Shown: piece after piece, positions 12,495 to 22,187 of the stretch
Position numbering within the stretch: the first letter of the stretch is position 1
Layout: each line of letters starts with the position of its first letter
From: Craspedostauros australis
Lineage: Eukaryota
Direction of reading: 5' to 3'
Length of the DNA: 42,533 nucleotides
Assembly (NCBI GenBank): GCA_030167865.1
Contig: JALAGF010001947.1
Coordinates: 1 to 42,533, forward strand
Made by a program: the position numbers and the translations under genes
Notes under the pieces: model-generated
The model's input: the letters and a program-made list of their open reading frames with translations, nothing else
The model's database searches: none
Told to the model about the DNA's origin: nothing

Positions 12495-14513
12495 ATGAAG
12501 TTCCTCCCAATCACCCTCATTGCCCTGTCGGCACTTGCGTCTGCCGTCGAGGCAACCAAAACTGTGAAGCTCAACAGCCCGGAGTTCCGAGCGATGGTCC
12601 GTAAGCTTGACCAGGCAGCCGACGATGGCGCAGATGCGGACGCAGATGCCGATGCCAACGCAGCGGATGCTGATGAGAATGACGCCGGTGATGACGCCGG
12701 TGATGATGCGGATGACTCCAGCTCGACCGTGACCACGGGAACGACCTCGTCGACCTGGCCACAGCGTGAGATGCCAACCGCAGGCAACATCGAGTTCCTC
12801 GGTTGCCACACCTTCATCACGGGCAATGCCAACAGCGCGAACAACAACAACAATGCCAACAACGGAGGCTACAATGGGCAGAACGCGCAGTACCAGTACG
12901 CCGAGAATTCATACGGCGGATCGCAGGCTGCGAGCTTCTCCTCCAAGTCGTACATCGTCCTGGGAGGCAACTTCAACAGCGGAAGCGACAACGTCGGCTA
13001 CTACAATGGCAACAATGGCAATGGTAACAATGGCAACGGCGGCAACGATAACGGTGACGACAACAGCTTCAGCTACGAGAACACCAACAGCGAGGCCTCG
13101 ATGATGAAGGCGGCCATGGAGATCTCCGACTTCATGTCCACCGTCGTCGCATCCACCGAAAACCAGCGCGAGGAGGACTGCAACATCTGCCGATCCCTGC
13201 GTTACTACTGCTTCCCGCAGGAACCAGAGAACCTCAACAGCGGAAGTTCCACCCATCTCTTCGACTCGTCCGGCAACGTCATCTCGCAGGTCTCGTGGGA
13301 TGCCTCGTGGGATTGGGGCAAGTCCGAACAGCAGAACATGGGCGCCTACTACGAGCTGGAGGATGCCGTCAACTGCGACGACTGCGTCGCCCAGAACTGC
13401 TACCCGCTCGAGAACTACTACAACATGTGGGAGTACATGGCCCAGAACGTGTACGGCAGCGACTTCGAGTCCTTCTCCGCGTACGCCTTCAAGGAAGTGT
13501 ACGAGCGTTACGCCGACCTCAACGGAGGAGCCTACCCGGACCAATTCGACGATGTGGAGAATATGTTCGCCACGCTCGATGCCACCCTCGAGGAGGTCGC
13601 GCAGTGCGTGCAGATGGACGGCACCAACTACTACGCAGGCTGGACCTGCACCAGCGCCGGTAACGGTATCCAACGCGCAGTCTTCACCGACAACGAATGC
13701 ACCCAGTACGTCAAGATCAACTACGAGGATGTCGCCATGAACGACGTTGATGGTTTCGCCGCCTTCAGCTACGCCATGGAGAACGTCGACCTTTCCGAGA
13801 TCCTGTCCGATGGTATCACCTGCGACGCCAGCCACCTCACCGTCGGATCCGGAATCGCCGAGCGTTACGGATACGACATGAACGGACAGCAGCTGGACTA
13901 CGACACCTACATGGCCGAACGTCAGGCCGCCCTCAGCAACGATGCATACTACAACGGAGATGGAAACGGAAACGGCGATGGCAGCGTCCAGTACGATTAC
14001 GACTTCTTCACCAACCCGCAGCTCAACGACATGTGCATGGCCTACAAGTACGACCAGCTGAGCGGACAGATCGACATCACCGCCTGCGACAACTACGATT
14101 CGTCCTCCTACAACAAGGCCTACGGCAACAACGACTACTACGATGAGCAGGTTGAGGACGCCGACGGCAACACCCAGAGCAGCAAGTACAAGAAGGAGTT
14201 CGACACCAACGAGTTCGCCGAGGGTCAGCTGGAGACCTTCTGCGCCCTCATCAGCAAGGACTTCGGTTCCTCGCAGGGTAACAAGGAGACGCAGGACAGC
14301 GGCATCACGTTCACCAGGAACAAGTCGAAGACCGGTTTCGCTGCTCTGTCGGCCGGCGTCAAGGCGCTCGTGATTCTGATCTTGATCCTCGTCGCCGCTG
14401 TCTTCGTCGTCGTCATCGCCATGACCGTGAATGCCAACAAGCGTCGGGAAGCACCGCCGCAGTTCAAGATGCCGCTGGCAGGTGAACCAGACGGGCAGTA
14501 CGTTGCTGCCTAA
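12495..14513 (+). CDS. Silicanin-family (Sin1-like) type I membrane protein, putative silica deposition vesicle protein, 672 aa
   Basis: ATG at 12495 gives signal peptide MKFLPITLIALSALASAVEA and RXL motif VRKL|DQ. The luminal region is acidic and N/Y-rich with 14 Cys in a silicanin-like pattern (IEFLGCH; CNIC...YC; NCDDC...NCY; AQC...YYAGWTC...GIQRAVFTDNECT; TCD; DMC; FC). One TM helix (ALVILILILVAAVFVVVIAMTV) precedes a short cytosolic tail. Extreme codon bias. Confidence 0.85.
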   Translation: MKFLPITLIALSALASAVEATKTVKLNSPEFRAMVRKLDQAADDGADADADADANAADADENDAGDDAGDDADDSSSTVTTGTTSSTWPQREMPTAGNIEFLGCHTFITGNANSANNNNNANNGGYNGQNAQYQYAENSYGGSQAASFSSKSYIVLGGNFNSGSDNVGYYNGNNGNGNNGNGGNDNGDDNSFSYENTNSEASMMKAAMEISDFMSTVVASTENQREEDCNICRSLRYYCFPQEPENLNSGSSTHLFDSSGNVISQVSWDASWDWGKSEQQNMGAYYELEDAVNCDDCVAQNCYPLENYYNMWEYMAQNVYGSDFESFSAYAFKEVYERYADLNGGAYPDQFDDVENMFATLDATLEEVAQCVQMDGTNYYAGWTCTSAGNGIQRAVFTDNECTQYVKINYEDVAMNDVDGFAAFSYAMENVDLSEILSDGITCDASHLTVGSGIAERYGYDMNGQQLDYDTYMAERQAALSNDAYYNGDGNGNGDGSVQYDYDFFTNPQLNDMCMAYKYDQLSGQIDITACDNYDSSSYNKAYGNNDYYDEQVEDADGNTQSSKYKKEFDTNEFAEGQLETFCALISKDFGSSQGNKETQDSGITFTRNKSKTGFAALSAGVKALVILILILVAAVFVVVIAMTVNANKRREAPPQFKMPLAGEPDGQYVAA

Positions 14514-14863
14514 GCTTGTACGAACATGTACGTACCAATGCGATGATGAGCAAATGATTTTAACAGTAATGGACATGCCCAACGTGACGAGCACCACCGA
14601 ATCACAGGCAGCACAACAAGTCCTGACGACACCAGCAGTGACGACGAAAGCAACAACAACAACAGAAGACAAAGACAAAAATGAAACAATGGGCACTGAT
14701 GAACGAGCATCCATGGAAATGTAATGAAAACAATAGTGAATGAAAGTTAAACAACAACAAGCAAGCAATGACTTGCGTGGAACTGTGTTAATTCGGTGTT
14801 GCGCTTTGCTGTTGTTCCTCAATGGATGGGGATTCCTTCTTTAACACTCCATGAGGCAACGCA

Positions 14864-16417
14864 TCATGCACGTTCCTCAATCGACGCGCGAATTTGGGCA
14901 AACGTGAACGCATCCGTGCCAGCCGCCGTCGCTGCCACCGCCTTGAGCTTGTCCAACGTCGGTGATGCACCATCGCTCGCCAACGCCACGACCTCCTCGA
15001 TGAGAACGCCGAACGCACGCACCTCGCAACGTTGCACGAGGCTACCGTATTGCGATGCCGCATCGTAAAAGAAGGCTGCACCGAAATCACTGAGCTTGAC
15101 GTCGATACCGTCTGCGGATAACCGAATCAGGATATTATGCGCGTAGAAATCACCATGGCAGATCCCATTCGCATGCAGCTTCTCGAGGACTTGCGACAAC
15201 CCCACGAGCAGCGTGCGAACTTGAGCCGTCGTCAACTTTGTCGACGCGTCGTAGACATCGCGTGAACATGTCTGCATGCTGGGCGGACCGGCCAACGCCG
15301 TGTATCCGTCGAGAAATTCCATGACCAAGGCGCCGTTGTTGGTTTCGCCGAGCAATTGGATGAGGCAAGGATGCTGCTGGCAGACATGGAACGCCGTCCT
15401 CGAGATGATCTTCTCATCCAACGGACTGCCATCGGACGTCAACTCACCAGCGTAGGTCTTGACCGCGACGTCCTTGCCATCGTACGTCGCCTTGCGCGTG
15501 ACGCCGCCGGCGCCTTGTCCCAGCACTGGCCAATCCTCGTTGTCCAGGTCCGCGGCATTCTGCAACACCGACAGTGCGGGCTCATTGTTGCTGTTGTTGT
15601 TGTTGCGTTGCTGGATGTAGTGCGTGATGAATGGATTGTTGGAAACGGCCGCCCATCGCAAATTCTTGAGACCCAGCAGATGCATTGGTGGCTGCATTGA
15701 CCAATAGAGTATGGAGCACAATAGGAAACAAGTGGAATATGATAAAATAGCGCATGTTGAGTATAATATAATACATGTGCAAACACCACCAAACACAACC
15801 AAAGGCAAATCCCATAACAATCCATCACAGCCACCAACACCGTGCATCCACCTGTTCACACTTCACTTCACTACACTACACTACATTGCACTACATTGCA
15901 CCACTCTACCCACCTCCTGAAGACGATTGCACGCCAACCGAATCAACTCCAAATTGTCCAACTGCTGCACGGCTTCTGGCAACTGCGTCAACTGATTCCC
16001 GCTGAGCATCCACTTCTGCAATCGCCGGCATCGACCGATGGTGTCCGGGATCTGATGAATGGCGTTGCCCGTCAAGATGAGCCAGCGCAGTTGCGACTGC
16101 AGCGCATCGGGATGGATACTGCGCATGCCGTTGTTCTTGAAGGAGACCATCTGCAATTGGAGGCAGGAACCCAGGATGGCGGGCAGTTCCTCGAATTGGT
16201 TGTTGGGCATGAAGAGGATGGAGAGATTGGGCAGGACGGACGGCATGCAAGCAGGTAAGGAGGAGAGACCGCAGTTGGGGAGATTCAGTTTGGTCAACGT
16301 GGTGAAGTCCACGCTGGGAGCGATGTTGGCATGCAGCAAGGCGATGAACTGCTCGCGTTCGTCGTCGCTCTTGTTGTTGGCGGGCGCGTCTTCATTGTTG
16401 GTTGCCATTGTTGTCAT
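14864..16417 (-). CDS. Leucine-rich-repeat protein kinase (bacterial-type LRR-kinase family), 2 exons, ~443 aa
   Basis: Exon 1 is 16417-15914 (alternative ATG 16408) and encodes LRRs such as LTKLNLPNCGLSSLP, LRWLILTGNAIHQIP, LQKWMLSGNQLTQLP. GT-AG intron 15913-15692, phase 0. Exon 2 is 15691-14864 with LGQGAGG, VAVK, TSDGSP, GPPSMQTCSRDVY, HGDFYAHNILI, SDFGAA. Confidence 0.92.
15859..15905. repeat. Degenerate pentanucleotide microsatellite (CACTT/CACTA/CATTG) inside the LRR-kinase intron
   Basis: cacttcacttcactacactacactacattgcactacattgcacca seen directly. Confidence 0.7.
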
Positions 16418-17076
16418 TGTTGTTACCGTAGTTGTTCTATTGGTATGGTTCGGTCCCGATGCCCAGCGGAGATCAGGGATTGAGTCAGCGCCGGTGTGAG
16501 ATGGGAGGAAGCTAACCAAGAAACAGAAGATCTTGTTCGTTGTTGTTTTGTGCGTTGGGTTTTGGCGCCAGTCTTGCATTGAGGCGTTCAGTTCGAGACT
16601 CCCTTTTCGGAGCGTGTTTGCGAAGCGGCGAACGTGGTCGCTGATGTTCCATGATGGGAAGGGGGCGTCGGTTGTGCATCTCAATCCCAACACAACAGTG
16701 CCGGTCTTCTTCCAAGTGCGTTAATGAAAGAAAGACATGTTGCGTCTGTGGTAGGTATATTATTTGATCTATCACATTATAGAGAGTAGGATTGTTTTTT
16801 CGTTGCTGTGCTTTTGGTTGTCTTGTAGAGTGGTGTGCGAATATGCACGTATTGGATGAGTGTGCGCACGTATTGGTGTTTGTGCGATTGAGCGCCCTTG
16901 TATTGGCCTCATCGCATTCATCTTGATGGGCATCGTCGTCATGCTGTAGCTGATGCCGTCTTCTTGGAATGTAGAATATTATACTGTGGAGTATTGACGT
17001 TTGGCATGCACTGCGTCGTGCATCGTCATAGGATGGAGCTTGATTGCCTCGCATCATGCTGTATTGTGTTGCCACC

Positions 17077-17430
17077 TCAATACTGGTACGACGTCATCAA
17101 GGCGACGTTGCGGACGTACGATGGGTCGTTGGCATCCGCATCTGTTGGTCCTGCCAAGCGTCTTCTTCCGAACGCAGTTGATTTTGGGGGCAAATCAGAA
17201 GACGAAGCGGAACCCAAAACGCGGGCGGGTGACGATGATCCTGCCGTCACCGAAGTCTGCGTCGCGGGATCCACCTTGTTGTCATGGCTTTCGTGGTTGT
17301 GGTTGCCGTTGTGCGGATTGGGTCTGTGGGTGTGTCTCCATTCCGCATCGACGGTGGGGTGTTGTATTATCATCAGGATGACCACGAACCAGATGAGGTT
17401 GCTGAAACGCGAGGGTGTGCCGAATGTCAT
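17077..17430 (-). CDS. Small secreted protein / putative pre-pro-peptide A (117 aa)
   Basis: ATG start, hydrophobic signal-like N-terminus (NLIWFVVILMIIQHPTVDA|EW), His/Asn-rich then Ser-rich spacer, GRRRL basic/RXL site. The 3' end uses preferred codons (tac gtc cgc aac gtc gcc). The C-terminus resembles that of ORF 32253-32657. Confidence 0.6.
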   Translation of the reverse strand: MTFGTPSRFSNLIWFVVILMIIQHPTVDAEWRHTHRPNPHNGNHNHESHDNKVDPATQTSVTAGSSSPARVLGSASSSDLPPKSTAFGRRRLAGPTDADANDPSYVRNVALMTSYQY

Positions 17431-18291
17431 CTTGTTGGAAAGATGGTTGGTGTATGAGTATGAGTATGGGCGTGAGTATGAGTATGAGCGTGGTGTAGAG
17501 GAGTGTAGAGTCTTTCTCCAAGTGAAAAGGAATACGAATAATGGGAAGGTCTGCGGCGTTTGTGTTTGTTTATGACCGCGACGATGATGACTGTGCCCGA
17601 GGTCGTTGCAGGTGCTGTCTGTTGTTGTGCTTTCTTACGCGATGTGAGGATGGCGGTTGCGGATTGGTGTGTCTTTGTGCGTCCATGGTCTTTGGGTTTC
17701 GGTCGGATGAAGGAACGTGCAACCTTCGCCTCCTGCGTTTCTTCGCTTCCGATTGATGGGATGCGTTGTGCTATACCTCTCAGCGTGGATGTGAGAGCAC
17801 GTGATGGGTGGCCGAGTCTTTCGGAAGTCGGTCGACATCGCCGCTGCCTCCTGTTGATGTCGACGGAAAGGCATCAACTGTTCCATCACGTTTTGCTGAT
17901 GTTCTGTGACAGTCGCCTTCTGGTTCGCATGGGGCAGTTCGCAAACAATGAGAACCGCCTTTTTCTGGCGCATCCAATCACATACATTCCTTTGCTCTTG
18001 GGGAACCATCGCGTTTGGTGTGAGGTATCTTTCCCATGTGAATCACACTGACAAGAAGCAAGACGCAGCAGCGAAGCGTTCCTGAGCGATTTGGTATGGT
18101 ACGAGTATGAGTGTAGCTGGAATGCAACGTTTGCATTATTTGCAGCGCGAGGTTTGAACTGTTAACTTGGCGTGATCATCGCCATGTCACTGGATGGCCC
18201 AAGAATCTATCAAGCGTAGATGTTGTCATAGAGGAGACAGCGTTGTCTCCCTGGACATCCATAGTGCAGCGTCAGAGAAATCATCTTGCAA

Positions 18292-19943
18292 TCAATCTTC
18301 CGAATCGTCGCTTTGAAAGGACGATGCATATGACAGAGACACCGTGTCGTCGTCGTCGTTTCGTTTGAGAGCGTCTGCGCCATCATGATCATCGTCGTCA
18401 CCATGATTATCGTCGTCCGCCAAAAACACTTGATTGGCCATCTGCGTCATGGCACAGCAGTTGCAAAATAGGACGAGGAACCAATCTTCGAAGCTGCCGC
18501 AGCATCCCGTGGGAATGCCGTACTTGAGCCGGATGAACCGTCGCAATCGAACGACCACCAGGATGCCGTATAGGGAGAGAGGCAAGGAGAGCAGGAGATA
18601 CAGCAGCTGCGGCCAGGACAGTGAGGGAAAATTGACGTCGATCGTTGCTTGCTGCGTGCCGGCGGCTTGCTGGATGCGTCGTCGTTGCCGTCGTTCTTCG
18701 GTTTGGCTGTGACGCATGCTCGGATCTGACGTATCGCTCGCCATTGGTTTTCCTGGTGGTGGCAAATGTTGCTGCTGCAGATCGAAATGCATGGTTGCAG
18801 ATTCCACATTCTGCTGCTGCTGCGGTGTCGCATCGCTATAAAGCTCCCCCCAAATCGACGGTGGTTGATCCCACTGGCTTGATGGCACGGATGGTGCACC
18901 AAAGCCGCGATCAGGTGATAAAAATTGATGACGCGACGTCTGAATGAGATCGAAAACAGAGAAGAGGATGAGAATCTTCATGAGTCGATCGACCATGGCC
19001 TGCGAACGACCCTCCCCGCTGCGATGCACGCGCCTTGGACGATGGTGCTCCTGTTTTGCGGCGATGAGCAACCAGTTCATGTTCATTTTGGTGAGGAGCT
19101 GACCCAGGAGCAACTGCGGACACAGCCATGCGCGGATCGAGGTGGTATCGCACATGCCGAATTGGCACAGTCCGCTCTTCCAACGCCCCGTGTGCGAGAT
19201 TCTGCAGGTGTCGCACACGGGCGTAGTGATGTACTGATCTGCTTCGACACCACCTGGCGGAACGACCACAGGGAAGGATGCGCGGCCGTCCGTGGCCCAG
19301 AATGTGTAGCCTGCAAAATGCGAGCGACGCGAGGTGGATGTACGAACAGAGAGGCAGACAGAGACACACACAGACAGAGAGAGAGAGAGAGAAGCAGAAA
19401 AATGATGCAAGCATGGTGTTAGCGAAGATGTATCAACAACCAAGCATGATCTTCATTGCAGGCATCCTCATGAGTTGGAAAGACACGCGAAGCCTTTCAA
19501 CAAGGACGACACCCAATCGCTTCCTCCTTGTCTGCATCGTAATGTTCCCACGGACGCTCACCTTCAGCCAAAGTAAAGGGAACCTTGATGCGGATCATGT
19601 CGACGTGCTCGCAGGATGCTTGGGGATACTTGCAGGGACACGTGACGTGCTGCGGCTGGTGGCACTGCTCACAGTCCTGTGCGGCGCAGGATGAGCCGGC
19701 ATGCTGATGTTGGTTGTGACATCGATGCCGACGCTGATTCAAAGTGCCACTGTCGCCGCTGTGGCAGCTCTCGCTGTGGTCGCTGTGGTAACTGTCATCT
19801 GATGAAATCAACGGCAATGGTGCTGCTGCAGATGCTGCAGATAGTGACGCAGATGGTGATGCTGATGGTGATTGTAATGGCATGGGTGCGTGACGCCATG
19901 GCGACTTGTCGCTTTCCAGAAGAGGCAGCAGCGTGGATGGCAT
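18292..19943 (-). CDS. PLAC8-family (Cys-rich) membrane protein, 2 exons, ~466 aa
   Basis: Exon 1 is 19943-19562. GT-AG intron 19561-19311, phase 1, joining ..TLAEG|YTFW. Exon 2 is 19310-18292. Split PLAC8 motifs: GRWKSGLCQFG..AWLCPQLLLGQLLTKM and RLRRFIRLKYGIPTGCCGSFEDWFLVLFCNCCAMTQMANQV. Two hydrophobic segments lie between them. Confidence 0.85.
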
Positions 19944-20219
19944 CGTCGGATGATGCAACGCGATGGCAATGTTGCACGGTGCGTGTATTAGTGTATTAGT
20001 GTATTATGGCATGTGCGGATGGTGTTATCATCAACAACCCTCCTTGGTTGATCGGCACCTTCGCTCTGGAACAAGTGTCTGCCTTTGTGCCCTTTCGCTT
20101 CCCTCCAAGATCGTGTGACATCTACCACAAATTCCTCAAGGAACCAAATTTTCCAGTTTGGCACGGCTCACGTTCGTGCGACACAATTCTTGCCAAAAGT
20201 GACGAGATACGTTTATGAA

Positions 20220-20258
20220 ACATGTCGCACTTTCGCTTTCAATTAATGTGCGACATGT
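20220..20258. promoter_or_regulatory. 11-bp perfect inverted repeat (ACATGTCGCAC-N17-GTGCGACATGT) in the divergent PLAC8/SNARE intergenic region
   Basis: Arms at 20220-20230 and 20248-20258 are exact reverse complements. A regulatory role is inference only. Confidence 0.35.
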
Positions 20259-20778
20259 CACGTCTCCAAGTTTATTGGCACGCGCGCCGGCACTTTCCGG
20301 GATGATGTCATCAAAATCGGCAATTTCCAAGTGGTCGAATGAGTCGTAGTACGATGAATTTGGGCAGATTGCGTCTGCCTCCGACACCGTTTTGGCGGGA
20401 TCGAACAAAAGCGATGACCGCAGCGGCGACCATGGCGAAGAAGGCCATCGATTTCGCACGACGAACAAGGAATCAAGAAGGGGAGCGTCCTCTTTCTCTG
20501 TCTTTCTCTCTCTGGTGTCCGACTCAATCCAGCCAAACACATTCCGACCTTGTGCACCTGCTTGTGCACTCTGATCAATCCTCAACGATCTGCTCTACTA
20601 TACTCCACTTGCATCTGCTTTGTCCTTCCACGGGGGCGTTCATTCAAACCACAAAGCACATCGAAGCAAGAGCAATCAAGCAATCAAACAATCAAGCAGA
20701 GAAAGGCATCGAAGTCCAATCGGAGGAGGAAGACTGTGTCTGGTCATCTTGGTTCTCCAACTGCATCCAGAGCGCCAC

Positions 20779-20838
20779 TCATACTATTCATACTCAGACT
20801 ATTCATACTCAGACTACTCATACTCAGACTATTCAGAC
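20779..20838. repeat. 15-bp tandem repeat (TCATACTCAGACTAT-like) x3 plus partial copies, upstream of the SNARE ATG
   Basis: tcatactattcatactcagactattcatactcagactactcatactcagactattcagac seen directly. Confidence 0.8.
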
Positions 20839-20922
20839 CTGATCTCAGCGCATCATTTTGCTAAAAGCAACTTCATCTATTATAAGTCTACAACAAGACA
20901 CAACAACGCACAACAACGCACA

Positions 20923-21492
20923 ATGTCGTTCAATCGGGCAGGAAGCCGCTCCAAGGAGTACGATCGCGTCAGCTTGGAGGAATTCAGCGATGATGACAGC
21001 AACGATGGCAACAATGACTTTGTTCAGAGCAGCATCAAGAATCAGCAGGTGCGTTCACAATATCTCGTGCGGTATGCAATGCTCTCCCACGTCTGAATTT
21101 GTGCGGTCCATGGCGATGCTTCATTCATCCATATCTCATCGCTGTCATCGGCATCTGATTCTTCTCGCATCGAACTACATCCAACCCACGCGCAACACCA
21201 CCAACACCAACAGGAGCTCATGAAACAACAAGATCAGGGCCTGGACTTCCTGGCCACGAGCGTCAATCGGTTGCACGAGATGAGCATGGGGATATCGGAC
21301 GAGCTCAACGAACAGAACAACATGCTGGATGCCATGGAGACGGATCTAGATGAAGCTGGAGAGGAATTGGACATGGTCACAAGGCGCACCAAGGAATTCA
21401 TCCAGCAGGCAGGGGGGACCAAGAATTGCGTCATCATCGTCTCCCTCAGTCTCATCGCCTTGGTTCTCTTCTTTTTGGTCATCTACGTGTGA
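20923..21492 (+). CDS. Qc-SNARE (syntaxin-6/8/SYP5-6-like SNARE motif + C-terminal TM), 2 exons, 134 aa
   Basis: Exon 1 is 20923-21048 (MSFNR...IKNQQ). GT-AG intron 21049-21213, phase 0. Exon 2 is 21214-21492: ELMKQQDQGLDFLATSVNRLHEMSMGISDELNEQNNMLD (0-layer Gln), ending in a tail-anchor CVIIVSLSLIALVLFFLVIYV. Confidence 0.92.
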
Positions 21493-21511
21493 CGTGACGT
21501 GACGTGACGTG
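21489..21511. repeat. (GTGAC)4+ pentamer microsatellite overlapping the SNARE stop codon
   Basis: gtgacgtgacgtgacgtgacgtg seen directly. Confidence 0.8.
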
Positions 21512-22187
21512 TGGAACGGCATATCATACAATGCGTGTGTGTACCACATATGCACTCGTACATGCCAACTGGGAAACGGATGCGCAGGTGGATGAGTGTG
21601 GGCATGGAATTGCAGGACGACAATTAGTGAAAGAGCGATGCTGAACATGCGAAATGTATCAACATCGCACGAATATGAACATGGGCAAGAATGGTCAGCA
21701 ATCGCGATGGGGGAAATCTCGATGATCACGTATGGAGCAGGTTTGCGATTCGACATCGGAACTGCATCATTGTGATTCGACCATAGAAATGCACGTGCGA
21801 AGCTTGCGATGCCGTGACACTACCTCCAGCGTCCCAATACAACCGCGAACCAAATGAAAACACAACAGTATTTGCACAGCTAAAGGCAACAGGAGCAAGC
21901 AAGTGGTGGCCTTCGGAGCGTTGCGCGACGATCGCAGACATGAACCTTCCACCTCGACTCGTACTCTTTTCGGATCTCGATCTCCTCCGTACACATGCGC
22001 GTACGCGTACACATGAGCACGCGTAATGAACACCAACACAGCTTCCATCCCCACTCCATCCATCCATCTGTGTGTTTGCCTGTCTCCCTGATGACACCAT
22101 GTCAATGCCAATACTATCACAACGTAACCACAGCGACAGCATCGTATTTGGTTATTCATTGTGAACGCTCTACCTACATACTATACT

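Noticed and set aside
12909-14822. 637-aa minus-strand ORF
   Set aside because: Antisense shadow of the strongly codon-biased silicanin-like gene. The V/L/G-rich translation has no motifs.
16585-16615. GTTCGAGACTCC, resembling a tRNA T-loop
   Set aside because: No T-stem pairing, acceptor stem or D/anticodon arms could be built.
20779-20838. Short tandem arrays (here and 33456-33507) as CRISPR-like repeats
   Set aside because: Units are contiguous with no unique spacers, there are no cas genes, and the context is eukaryotic.
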